Notes: generated from the letters alone by a model not told the origin. A DNA stretch of 64,000 nucleotides from Octopus sinensis (GCF_006345805.1 NC_042999.1:91388001-91452000); one strand, 5' to 3'. Numbered from the stretch's first letter, positions 41,371 to 55,806 are shown. Numbers and translations are program-made.

Positions 41371-42659
41371 CGACAAGAAATCAAGATATAGTAAGTATGG
41401 AATATGAAATGTTCGATTAATAATTAAGTTCTCTTCCGGCTCATCCTTAGGCTTCACTCCCCTATTTTATTAAATGAACACTTTTATTTAGCTCTAAAAA
41501 CCAATAATACAAGTAAATTATTTGCGTTTTGCTTCAGTAACAAGGCGAAATGCAAATTCTCAATACTTTTCTACTTATTAAATAATAAAACGTTCTATTT
41601 ACCATTTGTACATTGGTAAATGAAACGTTCTATTTACTATTTGCACTATGATAACATCTCTATTGTTTACCCCTTGCTTTGGTGTCATAAGTACGTGTTT
41701 ACGTTCTACAGTGGTTAATCCGGCACTATACGTTATGGAGTCTATAAATACTGCGTTGGAAATTTAGTTATGACAGAAACCTATATTATAACATCCACCT
41801 ATGAAAGTTACTTTATTTACTGTAGGTCTGTTTGTTTGAAATGCTCCATACTTCCCCGACACTGTACTAAAAAAAAAAAAGCACTGGACCTTGCCGTCAC
41901 TACTGTGTAACTTTCACTTTTAATTGAACCTGTCTCCGAATATTTTTTTCTTTTTTGTCATATACCACTGTTTTCCTATCAAAGATTATACATTCTTTGT
42001 CCCGATTTATTGATAGAAGATATAATGTTATTGTAAGATTCTCCATTCATTGTCTATCTTGTTGTTTTGAGACTTACATGTTATATTCCTTTTATCAGTT
42101 TCCTAACACAGCTTTCTACATTGTATACATTACTAAACCATCTTAATCCAAACATCTCCGGCAATAACTTCGTTGTTAAGATTATTGGGTAACTGTATAG
42201 TTTATCGTTTTTCCTTCCTGTATTGACTGATATCTTCACCATATTGATTATTGAAACACTGATTGAGGCAACGCAAAAATAAAAAAAAAAGATCTATACA
42301 CTGTCACTGGAGCTGCTAAAAATATCAGTCAAATCGCAGTCAAATGTCTTAATAATTCAATGAATATTATAGTCTTTGATACACTGTCTACAAACAAAAA
42401 TTGGACGGACAGGAGTGAAGCGACTTACATCATCGGTGTATTTAGTAACAGTACTTCCATGGCCAAACAAGAACAACAACGCAGACACAGATACACAGAC
42501 ACATATACACATACGAACAGACAGACAGACAGACACACACACACGCATACACACACTCATACTCATACTAAAATATACATTTATGCAAATGCACATCTGT
42601 GTAAACGAATGTGCGTGCACATGTATGCATATACATACACACAAATATATATGTACGCA

Positions 42660-42694
<35 letters not shown>

Positions 42695-42699
42695 AATAC

Positions 42700-43270
<571 letters not shown>

Positions 43271-43514
43271 CACCATATGATTTGCTTTGGAGTTTTGCAT
43301 TCGGTAAAATTTTGTTTATTTTAGTAGTTTTGACCGCATTGGTCCCTCTTAGCGTGTGGTATCTACGAATAGTAGTACCCTCAATATAATATAAATAAAT
43401 ATTTTCAAGCGGAAAAATTTACGGATTTTTCTCTTACGAGGTTTTTCACGCTAACTACTGATAATTTCTTTTAAAGATTTTATCCTCAATTGTTAATTTA
43501 TATATATATATAAT

Positions 43515-43564
<50 letters not shown>

Positions 43565-44051
43565 TATTATATTATATTATATTATATTATATTATACACA
43601 TACATGGATGTGTGTGCTAAAACTATCTCGTACAAGTGATGTTATATTGATACAACAATAAGATGAAAATATACAACACCTTTTGTATTGCAATTAACTC
43701 TTCCTAATATACATTTTGTAATTAAATTGTTTCATATTATTACATATTCTAAAGTTGCTTACTTCATACCGTCTTCACTTCTATTATTCGGTGTAGTCAA
43801 TGTACTGTACATGTGTAACGTCTGGAAGTTAGCCTCCAGAAAATACTTACTATGTTGTATCAACTGGACGCAGCCTTGTTTATATCGTGTTTATGGTTGG
43901 TGTAAGCTATGCTTTTAGTTGACCTGAACATTATTTTCTTGACTAGTTTACGTAATTTATGCACACTCGGGAAATGTTTTTCGATTAAGTAGAATAAAAG
44001 TTTTGCAAAAAAAAAGTAAATAAATAAATAAAAACGAAGATTTTATGCTGA

Positions 44052-44428
44052 GGCGCAGGCGTGGCTGTAAGGTAAGAAGCTTGCTTTCCAGCCACATACT
44101 TTCAGAATCAGTCACACTGCGTAGCAACTTGACAAGTGTCTTCTACTATAGCCTCGCTCTGACCAAACCCTTTGAGTGGATTTGCAAGAATCTGAAAAGA
44201 ATCGTGCGTGTGTGTGTGTGCGCGCGAGCGTGTGTCTTGTGTATGTTTGTCCGCCCCGTTTATCAACCGGTGCTGGTGTGTTTACGTCCCCGTAACTTAG
44301 CTGTTCGGAAAAGAAACCGTTAGAATAAGAACTTGGGGCGATTCATTCGACAAAAAATAATTAAAAAATTCTCCAAGGCAGTGCTCCAGCATGGCCGCAG
44401 TCAAATAACCGAAACAAGCAAAAACAAG
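44052..44428 (+). mobile_element. tRNA-headed SINE, family A (diverged)
   Basis: Colinear match to 20904-21316. Confidence 0.85.
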
Positions 44429-44539
44429 ACACGAATTGTTATACGGAGAGGTATACCATATAACACTTGCTTAATGATTTTTAAGACTCTTACTAATTGA
44501 GACACTTAACCGTTTATTCTTTCATGTTATCCATGACAA

Positions 44540-44920
44540 CAGCACTTACAGTGTTTCATTTTAGTACTATGAAGTCCGTCTGAAAGTGGTTTCTTCTGTT
44601 ATAGAAAGTACACTCAGCCACTTGTTGAGATTCATTGAAACAAACTTCATGATGTTCAGGGGATTATTGGATACAATGAGGGCCCTATCTGGTTTCTTGA
44701 AATGTTCATACGGCCCTGGTTTTAGTTTAAGCATCATACGGAGGAAGTTTACTTGGGTAGCATTTACACCCATGGACATTTTAAAGTTAAACCAGTTAAA
44801 TGTTTTAATTATCCAATTCCCGAGGATTTCAGCTGTATGCTCTCTTACACTGTTCGAACTCATGACCTCATTCTCCTTTGGACCCGCATAATTCCAATTA
44901 AAGTATTTCTCTATTCAATG
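44540..44920 (-). mobile_element. Penelope-like RT C-terminal (thumb) fragment
   Basis: ORF 44567-44863 NATQVNFLRMMLKLKPGPYEHFKKP..SNNPLNIMK..NKWLSVLS.TEE.F resembles the PLE motif VNFLDVTLNL..G.Y.PY.KP..SNHP..I.K..RLS..S..E..F. Confidence 0.65.
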
Positions 44921-45040
44921 AGTACCTACTTACCTATGCATCTGTGTAAATATGTGTATGTAAAAAAAACACGTAAATAGGTGGTACACACAAATACAGT
45001 GCACACTTACATGCACAACACACATACACATGATATTTTT

Positions 45041-45319
45041 TTCCTTCTCGAGCCATGTCTGGCTCATAAAAGCCGGTTTCCCGGTTTCCTTGGCGTACAG
45101 GTTCCCCAACTGGGCGGGACTCCGGTCCATCGCAGGTGAGTTGCAAGATGCAGGAGGAAAGAGTGAGAGAAAGTTGGGGCGAAAGAGTCAGCAGAAGTTC
45201 GCCATTACCTTCTGTGGGAGCCGCGTGGAGCTTAGGTGTCTCGCTCATAAACACACACATCGCCCGGTCTGAGACGCGAACCTACGATCCATCGACCGTG
45301 AGTCCGCTGCTCTAACCAC
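45041..45319 (-). mobile_element. tRNA-headed SINE, family C
   Basis: High similarity to 18268-18574. Confidence 0.9.
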
Positions 45320-46201
45320 ACACATACACATAGATGGATATAGATGTATAGATGCATATGCACAAACAATACACACAATAGTATGTATGTGTGTGAAAGA
45401 GAACGAAAAAGAGAGAGAGACAGACGGACAGACTGAAAGAGAGAAGCAGAAAAAGAGAGACAGAGAGACAAACAGACAGACAGACAAAGTGTGATAGATA
45501 AATAGATAAGCAAGTATTCACTTTGTACGCATTCACTCTCCCACATACACTCAAGCGATTTCGTACGTCAAACTGTCAAAAAGAATTTCTATACCATTTC
45601 TTTCATGTTCTGCAGAGAAAGCAGGGAAGTAATTTGAAATCAACTTAACAACTATATAAAAAGTGTTATGGATGACTACGTGAAGGCTGCACACAGTTGG
45701 ATACTCTGTTACTGATTTCATATTTACAAGAAACGGATTAGGGAAGAGCTGTTGCTTCCAGCAACTGTTTTCATTCGTTGCGTGTGAGCGACCGCTACAT
45801 GAATAGTAAGACGTATTGGTCGTTATATTTGGATTAGGGCCACACATGTTGATAAAAGGAGCATTGAAATTATATATCCGTATCCAAATAGGTTTGAAGC
45901 TCGAATTATAAACACACCCACAGATACACACACAAAAGTTATTTACTCATACATGTATGTATGTATGTATGTATGTATGTATGTATGTATGTATGTATGT
46001 GGAAACATACAATTACTTATGCATATACACGCACACGTAGATCTTTGCGTGTATCTATTTAATATGACATTTAGTTTGGAGATATAAGTACACTGTAGTG
46101 CAATTTAAGTTCGTTAAAGATTTCTTCTCTTCCCCACCTCTCTATCTCCTTGACAGTTTCTCTCCCTTTCTGTGTCAATATATGTGGTAGTAGATATTCT
46201 T

Positions 46202-46550
46202 TTATTCTTTCACTTGTTTAGTCATTTGACTGCTGCCATGCTGGAGCACCGCCATTTAGTCGAAGAAATCGACATTGGACTTATTCTTTGTAAGCCTGGT
46301 GTTTATTCTATCGGTCTGTTTTGCCGAACCGCTAAGTTACGGGTACGTAAACACACCAACATTAGTTGTCAAGCGAAGTGGGGGGGGGTGCATACATATG
46401 CACACACATAAATATATACGACGGGCTTCTTTCAGTTTCCGTCTTTCAAATCCACTCACAAGGCTTTGGTCGGCCCGAGGCTATAGTAGAAGCCTCGGCA
46501 CTGAACCCAGAACCACACCACGGCACTGAACCCAGAACCACACAGTCACA
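46202..46550 (-). mobile_element. Family A SINE with a duplicated head segment
   Basis: Match to family A; GGCACTGAACCCAGAACCACAC repeated in tandem at ~46497-46543. Confidence 0.82.
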
Positions 46551-47048
46551 CCGGCACCTAAAGAATTAACGCTACAGAAAAATATAGGAATTCTCGAACG
46601 CAGAAAGACGGTGAAGACAGCTTGGAATATCGGATAAATACCCTTAGAATACGGAGAAAAGCTTCTACAAGCTTGCTACATACACATATATACATAAGTA
46701 TTCACATACTTATAGACATGTGTATGTTTGTATTTATGTGTGTGTATTTATGTGCTTGTGTGTGTGTGTGTGTGTGTGTGTGTCCATCTGCGTGTAGTGG
46801 GCTATAAAGAGTAAATAGTTCCTCGTTTGGTTTTGAACTATGGGAATTACGGAATTTACCCAGGCAGAAAGAGTGTGACATTATATGGGACAACGTTGGC
46901 CCTTTAAATTCTGGATACAATCTGTTTAGCAGACATTCTCACATCTTCCGACCCAACATCGCCGTAGGATTTTCGTGGATCTGAGGTTTCCTAAGATGCC
47001 AAGAATAGTGATCGAAACAGAGAACTCGTTATTTTGAAACTCGTCTAT

Positions 47049-47145
47049 GCAATTTTCATATCTACATTTATCTCTATTATCTATGTTGCAATTTTCATAT
47101 CTACATTTATCTCTATTATCTATGTTGCAATTTTCATATCTACAT
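47049..47145 (+). repeat. Tandem repeat, 2.5 x 39 bp
   Basis: GCAATTTTCATATCTACATTTATCTCTATTATCTATGTT starting at 47049, 47088 and 47127. Confidence 0.95.
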
Positions 47146-47589
47146 ACATCCACATATGCAACTTTTTCAGTTGTTTTGTAGAAGCGATGAAAATATCACA
47201 CACTATTATGAGTTATTGTATCTCAGCAATATACGTACAAATTATCCATTGAAAGCCTAAGATGCTTGACATAATGAAAATATGTGAATATTCATAGATC
47301 AAAATACATTTCCTCGTGTCAATATCATTAAACATTGTTTACAGCACTGTGTGTGTATACATATTCATACATCCATTCAAACATACAAACACCCGCGCGC
47401 ACACACTCATACTTGCACACTACTCGGAGCGACGAATCGCGTATTAGCTGTGGCAGATTATTTGTCGAAAATACGATAAATACTATCTCCAACTTTGGTG
47501 CCACAACTACCAGCTTTGATAATTGACTGGTTAATCTTTAGATGAATTAATTGAGGGAGCCTTTTATTCTGAAACTTGAATTTAAGCAT

Positions 47590-50340
47590 GCAGAGAGTTA
47601 CTACGAACAACATGGCTAGACACATCATCAGCAACAACACAATCGAGGAACAGAACGAAGACAACAGCTCAACAGGTAAACAAATTCTTTCTAGCTGTAG
47701 TCATAGAAGAAAACGTAACTACAAAACTCATTTCTCTTGGAGTTATGAATTGAATAATGATCTATTTAACTGCTACGTAAAAGCGAAACAAAACCTCACT
47801 ATTGGCTATATGAAACGATTGAAATCATATTGGGACGATCTGCATCCAGAATTAAATCATCTTACTGCGAAGAAACTACGCCAATAAACAACATTTGTAG
47901 AGTATAGAAAGAAGGTTAGTAACTCTAACTTTATTAAAATATCGAAAATTATTCTTTTTTCCCAACTCTATAAACAAAAATGAAAATGTGAATGATATAA
48001 GACCACCACGTAGTTTCGCAGCTAGCGACATTCCAACAGATTCAATAGTGCCTGCCAGCCAAACTACGTTACTGGCTCAAGTAACTGACCACTGTCCCCT
48101 ACTACCACTATGGATTATATTTCGGTGAAATGTGACCTTACTGACATTTTCCGAAAAAAAAAAAAAACTTTGACTTTGAAGTACTCTCTCGAGGAAAGAG
48201 TATTCGCTACCAAAGTAAGTAAGAAAAAAACACCAGACACAGTATTAAAAGCTTTTAACGAAATTGATGAGTATTTACAGCAGTGTAAACACTCATACAT
48301 GCAGATTAACTCCTGAACTCACATACATGCAGATTAACGCCTGTCTATATGCTCTGGCTACTACTGTCAAACAGGTTATGAATGATATTCAAAAAGTAAA
48401 CAAAACCGAATTAACAAAGAAAGTAGCATCATGGGTTTTGAAAACAGAGAAAAATTTAACTAGTCATGTAATGGTGCTTATTGCATCCAAACAAGCAAAT
48501 CACTATACGTCTCACCAACAGAAAGTAAAGAGGAAGATAGAAATGATGTGTAGAGACAACAAAAAGAGAACACTCAGTTGTAAACTGATTACCCTCAAGC
48601 AGGAGCTAAAAACTGTCAGTGAAGAACTCCGACATCAGAAGAGAATAAACGAGAGAACAATAAAAAAATTAAAAAAAAATTAACTGCAACCAGTCAGAAG
48701 TATAGAGAGACATGGGGGGAGGAGCAGTAAACATCACGGAAGCTCCTTCAGGAGAAGACATAGACTCCTTCTAGAGGAAAATCTGGAGTGAAGAGAAGGA
48801 ATTTAAACAAGATGCTCTGTGGCTGGAAGAAATCGGAAGAAGTTATTGCTCCTGCATTACATCCAAGACATACAACATTAATGGTGAACCTCTTGCAACT
48901 GTGATCCAGAAACTCCAGGATGGAAAAACATCTGGAAGAGACTTGATTGTTGGATATTTGTACAAGAAGTTAACATTCTAACGACCATATCTTATCAATC
49001 TGTACCAGCAAGCTTTCATTGGGAACAGTAGCATCCACGTGGCAAAAAACTACCGGCCAATTGCAAGCCAGAACTTAATGTATAAGATGCATACAGCATG
49101 TTTAAACCTCTACCTCCAGGACCATTGTAAAACCAATAACATTATATCACAAGCAGCTGAGAAGAAGGGAGTCTGGGGATGTACCGAGCAATTGTTAATC
49201 AACAAAACCGTAATGTCAGAGGTGCGAGAGCATAGGTGGAACCTAGTTTCAATGTGGCCGGACTAAAAAAAGCCTTTGACTCTGTTCCCCACTCATGGGT
49301 GCTAGAAGCCGTTCAACTTGCTAAAGTTCCAGCGAGAATAGTCAAAGTCTTAGCTGACCTGACTTGATTCTGGCTCCCCATTTTGAAATTAAACACAAAT
49401 TATCACCGTATTGGATACAGTATCGCCGATAGAATACAGCATCTCAAAGGCGTATTCCAAGGAGACAGCCTCTCTGTGATGTTGTTTATACTTTCTGTAA
49501 ACCCCTTGTCATTCATATTAAGGACGTCTGAAGGATATCCTGGTTCGCAAGGAAGCTGAAATATCAAAATTACAGTGTTTCTTTGTGGACGACTTAAAAC
49601 TTTATGCAAAGAATATGCATGCGACGGAAAAGAGCCTTGACCTAGTTACAGCAATCTGAAAGGATGCAGAGTTGGGGTTTTGGTAGGATAAATGGTGTTA
49701 TATGGTTGTAAAAAGGAGGGAAACTATATACCAGACTAGTAACATCTCCATCTGTGATTTGACTGTTTCCCCTATATTCGACGAGGAATGTTTCAGGTAT
49801 CTAGCGTTGTATGAAAATATATCTTACAATGGCACCTGTAACAAAACACGTGTCACTAAAGAATATTACTGCCGAATGAAGAAAATTTGGACCTCAGAAC
49901 TCTCTGCATTCAATAAAAGAGTGGCCCACAATGTGTTTGCAGTGCCAGTACTCACACCAGCATTGGGGCTGCTTGATTGGACGCTTGATGAGATCCGAGC
50001 CATTGATGTGAAAACTTGAAAAGTACTAACAAGCACACATAATTTCCACATAAACAGTGACGCAGGCCACCTGTACCAAAAACGAAAACAAGGCGGCAGA
50101 GGCTTAACATCGATCCAAAATGCCTTTGAATGTCGCATCTTATCCTTTCGGCAACATCTTTAACCACCAAGTGTCGAAGTTCATCCCTTGACCAAGTTTG
50201 CATACATGAGGCTTCTAACATCATAAGACTTGGAAGGCAGCTCTTTGAGCAACACTCCTTGTCTGATAACCTAGAATACAATTTTAACACGAAATAACTT
50301 CGAAAATAGAAACTTTTCTCCACAACGCTAAGAGTAAAAG
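47590..50340 (+). mobile_element. Decayed R4/Dong-clade element with 5' coding region, 3'-truncated
   Basis: N-terminal WSYELNNDLFNCYVKAK..GYMKRLKSYWD, NYRPIASQNLMYK, WGCTEQLLINKTV, KKAFDSVPHSW, KGVFQGDSLS and FVDDLKLYAK; no CCHC/RLE seen. Confidence 0.88.
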
Positions 50341-51097
50341 GTGTTCTATAAGACACATTCTACCAGAATACGAAGTTTCAAAATGTTTAGTTAAAAAAAA
50401 TTCAATTAATCGAGCTGACCATGAAAAGGAAAAGATCCTAATTCTATAGCTGGCTGACATAATTGTGAAGTAATTCACCGATAGTTTTGCTTTCAAGTTG
50501 ACCTACTATATAGTCCAAACATGTAAAGGTTCGAATTATATACCCACCTTTCAAAATTCCGCTGTATTTCACATAGAATTTTTGGCCCTCCACAGTCTTC
50601 TTGGTGTATAAATCGACCTACCTTTTGGGACTGTAAATTATGGTTTGAAAAATTCGATTTGTATGCCAGAAAATACAGTAATCATATTGCTTTCAAAAAT
50701 AAGAGTAATACACATGAATACAAAAATCTCACCTCTCCAAATACATATGTTTAGTGTGCCTTGGATGAAAGAGAAGCACATAGGATATCAAGGCGGTCAT
50801 GCCTTTTAGAAACAGTATTGCTTGATTCCGCTTCACTTGGCAGAGGAATAAAACCGGGTCATATGTTCTGCTGTCAACGCTTATAACCTGATAAACCTCG
50901 CCCGCTATATTTCCTGTATAATATCAGTATGCAATCAAATAATGCTAAACGAATGTATTTGATTAATATCTGAATATATTACCATATTTCCCACTAGCAG
51001 CTAATGACAAGTAATCACAAATTAATGTAGCTTTTCATATCAAGCGTTATCGAAAGTTCCTTATCAAACAATTCGTTAGCATCTACTCGAATTCTTG

Positions 51098-51330
<233 letters not shown>

Positions 51331-51566
51331 TGCGTGAGTATGCGCGTGCGCGTGAGTGTACAATACATATACATATAAGGATATTCATTTCGTGGATATT
51401 TTTTGTACTAAATTGCTCTCATATCTGAATTATGAAGAGTTTTTCCAAGAAATGATTGCTGATCAGAAAGAATAGTAGGTGGCACCACTGTTTCTTTCTT
51501 ACATGTTATTCATCGTTTAAACGTCGTGTCTTAGCTCTTTTGGGACAGAAGTTAGTGTGTATATAT

Positions 51567-54050
51567 ACGGGGTCCAGGTTTCGGATGCGTAAAGGAGGTT
51601 TGGAATAATGACTGCCCTGTACACCATGAGTTTGGTTTCGGTTCGGATGTCCCGATCAGCAAAAACTCTTGTTCGAAGCTTGCCAAAAGCTGTTCCTGCA
51701 CACTTCAGACGGTGTTGGATTTCATCGCTGAGGTCTACCTTTGCTGACAGATGGCTCCCAAGGTAGCAGAAATGGTTCGCATTTTCCAGTGGCATTCCTT
51801 CGAGTTGAATCGATGGTGGGTTGTCAACACGGGCATTGGGAGGAGGTTGGCAGAGTAAGCGAGTCTTCTTGATGTTGATGCTCAGTCCAAGTTTAGTATA
51901 TGCATGATGGAAAGCATTTAGGATCTGTTGGAGGTGATCCTCTCTGTAAGCTGCTACACTGTTGTTGTCGGCATATTGGAACTCTAGCAAGCTTCGCGCC
52001 ATTGTCTTTGACGTACTTTTGAGGCGAGCGAGGTTGAAAAGCTTGCCGTCCATTCTGTATGAGATCTCGATGCCAGGTGGAAGATCATCTCGTATGATGT
52101 GCAACACTGTCACGATAAAGATGGTAAAGAGAGTTGGCGCTATCACGCAGCCTTGCTTCACTCCGGAGGTGACTTTAAAGGGCTCAGAACTGCCTCCGCC
52201 GGTCTGGACTCTGGCGTGTATATTGTCGTGGAGGAGTTTGAGGATCCGGATGAACTTATCTGGGCATCCATACTGGGCGAGAATATTCCAGAGGAGCTCT
52301 CGAGAGACACGATCAAAGGCTCTGGATAGGTCGATAAAGGCCAAATAGAGCGGTTGGTGTTGCTCACGATATTTTTCTTGTAGCTGTCGCAGCGGGAAGA
52401 TCATGTCGGTTGTGCTTCGTGATGGCCTAAAGCCGGTCTGCGTCTCAGGAAGGATCCTCTCTGACAGCGTTTTGAGGCGGTTGATCAGGATGTGTGCAAG
52501 AATCTTCCCAGCAGTTGCTAATAAGGAAATACCCCGGTAATTTCCACACTCAGAACGATCGCCCTTTCGTTTGTAAATGGTAATGATGTTAGCATCCCTG
52601 AAGTCGGATGGTACAACACTTGTCCAGATTTTGACCAAGAGTTTGTGGATCTGGTGTTGGACAAAATCACCTCCCAGTTTGTAGATCTCAGCTAGGATTC
52701 CGTCAGGACCCGCGGCTTTGTTGTTCTTCATCGCTGTGATAGCAATTTTGACCTCTTCGAGGGATGGAATTCGAGCGAGAGAGTAATCTTTGGCCTCTTT
52801 AGGAATCATGTCAAGTATGCTTTTGTCGATGGTAGCCTTGTGATTGAGGAGGTCATCGAAGTGTTCTCTCCATCTGTCTCCTATTTCGGTGTTGCTTTTC
52901 AGGATGGTCGCTCCGTCTTTACTCTTCAGAGGAGCCTGTCCATGTGTGGAAGGTCCCTTTCGTGGCTTTGAAGAACTCTGGTGTCGTTTACATCTGCTAG
53001 CTGCTGGATTTCACGAGATTTGTGTCTCCACCACTGGTTCTTCAGGGTACGGGTTGTCCTTTGAACTGCGGATTTGCCCTTTTTGAAAGACTCTCGTTTA
53101 GTGGCAGACTTTGGATCATTCTGTGAGCTGATGAAAGCTTTCCGTTTTTGGTCGATCAGTTCTTTGAGAGCTTCATCATTGTCGTCGAACCAGTCCTGGT
53201 GTTTCCTTTTCTTGCGACCGATGGTTTCTTCGCAAGCGATGATGATGGTTTCTTTTAGCTGGTTCCAATTTTCTTCGACGAGATGATCTGGAGTCTTATT
53301 TTGAAGATTGACCTGTAGGCGCTGCTGGAAAGCGACACGAGTTTTTGGGTCTTGCAATGCTTCGATGTTGAATTTCTTTACTCTACTTTCCTTGCTGTGA
53401 TATTTCACCTTTGGTCGGAGTTTGATTTTCATGGTGGAGGAGATGAGGCGATGATCTGTCCAGCACTCATCTACTCCAGTGGCGGCTCTGGTGAGCAACA
53501 CATCTTGCTGGTCTCGGGATCTCACGATGATATAGTCGATGAGATGCCATTTTTTAGATCTTGGATGCTGCCATGAGACCTTATATCGATTCTTCTGGCG
53601 AAAAAGGGTGTTGGTTATCACCAGGTTATGTTCAGCACATTTGGTGAGTAGCAGAGTTCCATTGGCATTGACTTTTCCCACTCCTTCCTTTCCGATGGTT
53701 CCTGTCCAGAGTTCACGATCTCTCCCAACTCTAGCGTTGAAGTCTCCCAGGAGAATGATCTTGTCGTCCTTTGGGACGGTAGAGAGAATGCTATCAAGCT
53801 GGCTGTAAAACTCTTCCTTGACTAAATCCTCCGCGTCAAAGGTGGGAACATACGCGCTGATGATAGTTGCGTGCTGACTCTTGACAAGCTGGATTCGGAG
53901 GGTCATGAGTCGTGCGGCATTCCGATGGGCTGCTCTGTCAGTTTGGATAGGATGATGTTTCGTATTGCAAAACCCACACCATAGATCCGTTGATGGTCTG
54001 GATTGTAACCTTTCCAGAAAAAGGTGTATTGACCGCCTTATTCTCTCAGC
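51567..54050 (-). mobile_element. RTE-clade LINE, inverted 5' segment (APE endonuclease + RT)
   Basis: ORFs 52926-53906 (YVPT, ILLGDFNARVG, HLIDYIIV, TDHRL) and 51517-52809 (KAAGPDG, NYRGISLL, FIDLSRAFD, GVKQGCVIAP, YADN, YLGS, LLYASETW); few disablements (TAA ~54038, frameshifts ~53920 and ~52960). Confidence 0.95.
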
Positions 54051-54634
54051 CGTATAGTCACCACTTGAAAACGCTCGAGAAATTTCACCAACGCTGTCTT
54101 CGGAAGATCCTTAACATCAGCTGGGAAGACAGAAGAACTAACGTCAGCGTGCTACAAGAAGCAAAAATGACCGGCATCGAAGCCTATGCCATCAAAGGCC
54201 AACTAAGATGGAGCGGCCACGTGGTTAGAATGACTGACGAACGACTTCCCAAACAGATCTTCTACTCCCAACTCAAAGACGGCAAGCGTACAAAAGGAGG
54301 CCAGAAGAAACGCTACAAGGACTCCCTGAAAACGAACGTCAAAAAGTGTGACATAGACTTCACTAACTGGGAGGAAACGGCAAAAAACAGACCACTCTGG
54401 AAAACCACCATCCATGAGGGAACGGCGACTTTTGAGTCGAAAAGGTCTGCAGAGCTGGAGGAGAAAAGACGACGACGGAAGGAGCGCCAACAACAACCAC
54501 GTGCGACTCTCCCTTCCGGCACTAGATGTACGCACTGCTTTTCAAGCAAGAATTGGTATTATCGGTCACCTGCGGACTCACCAGTAAATTTGCGCGAAGA
54601 CCATCATCCTCGACCTTGAGGGATTGCCATCATC
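54050..54634 (+). mobile_element. RTE-clade LINE, forward 3' segment with C-terminal C2H2-like finger and (CAT)n tail
   Basis: PYSHHLKTLEKFHQRCLRKIL..QLRWSGHVVRM..CTHC / RIGIIGHLRTHQ* continues the protein where the minus segment stops (ETWTPY); ends GCCATCATC; TSD AGTGTGTATATAT at 51554-51566 and 54635-54647. Confidence 0.95.
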
Positions 54635-54743
54635 AGTGTGTATATATTCTTACATGCATAAATGCATAATACATGTGTGTGAGTATATGTATGTATGTAT
54701 GTATATATGTATGTATGTATGCATGTATTTCTGTCTGTATGTA

Positions 54744-54861
54744 TACTCTTTTACTTGTTTTAGTCATTTGACTGTAGCCATGCTGGAGCACCGCCTTTAG
54801 TCGAGCAAATCGACCCCAGGACTTATTCCTTGTAAGCCTAGTACTTATTCTATCGGTCTCT
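54744..54861 (-). mobile_element. 3' fragment of family A SINE
   Basis: TACTCTTTTACTTGTTTTAGTCATTTGACTG..GAGCACCGCCTTTAGTCGAGC matches family A. Confidence 0.88.
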
Positions 54862-55467
54862 AAGCGAAAACATTCGAAGACTTTCAATGAGTCATCGGTC
54901 CATAGTTGAATCTTTCGTCTCCATGTAATATATTCTCCGCAGTAAACGGCACATCCCAAGAAAAATGAAATATTGGTTTCAAATTTTGTCATAGGGCCAG
55001 CAATTTCAGAAGAGTGAGCGAAGTCGCTTACATCGAACCCAGTGATCCACTGGTGCATTTTTATTTATCTCCAAATGTTGAAAGGCGAACTCGACCTCTG
55101 CGGAGTTTGAACTCAGAACGTAAAGATGGACGAAATGCTGCTAAGCATTTTGCCAAGAATGCTAACAATTTTGCCAACTGGCTGCCTTATCCCAACTTAA
55201 ATGAAATATTGCAAAAAAATCCTATTTCGTCATCTTGGTTTGCCAGAGGAAATATTCCCAAACTGTAACACTCGCATAGTTTTATATAAGAATATTGGTA
55301 ACATAGATCACTAGTAAGAGCCAAACACGTAGTGGGGAGAGCTGAAATAAAGAGAAAATGGCTCAACAATTACGTGGTTTACTTCACATAATCAACTCCT
55401 CCCAAACAGAGAAACAAGAAACTTTATAACAGACACGGCATTTCTACATATTTGGATACTTGTTCAT

Positions 55468-55806
55468 GGCTAGGTTATGTGGTTAGAAGCCCGCTTTGCA
55501 ACATGTAGTCTCTGTTGTTACTGTGCGTCAAATTGTGTAAGAGTCTTCTGTTATAGCTCCGTGACACCCGATTCCTTGTGAGTGGATTTGGTTGGCAGAA
55601 ACTGTGTGGAAGCCCATCGTATGAATATGTGTTTTGGTCTATTTACGTTCCGTAACGTAGCAGTTCGGAAAAATAGAGCGATAGAATAAATACACATCTT
55701 TAAAAAGTAAGTATTGGGGTCGATCTGTTTGATTAAAGCCCTTCAAGGTCGTGTCCCAGCGTGGTCGCAGTCCAAGGACAACTAAAACAAGTAAACGATA
55801 AAAGAT
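55468..55806 (+). mobile_element. Diverged family A SINE
   Basis: Colinear degenerate match to family A. Confidence 0.75.

Noticed and set aside
44586-44891. 101-aa plus-strand ORF
   Set aside because: It is the antisense shadow of the Penelope-like RT fragment.
45551-45931. 126-aa minus-strand ORF with Cys and N-glycosylation-like motifs
   Set aside because: It starts in a microsatellite, has no convincing splice sites and no recognisable domain; cannot be supported without a search.
51962-54549. Overlapping antisense ORFs across the RTE element
   Set aside because: Expected shadow ORFs of a GC-richer coding sequence.
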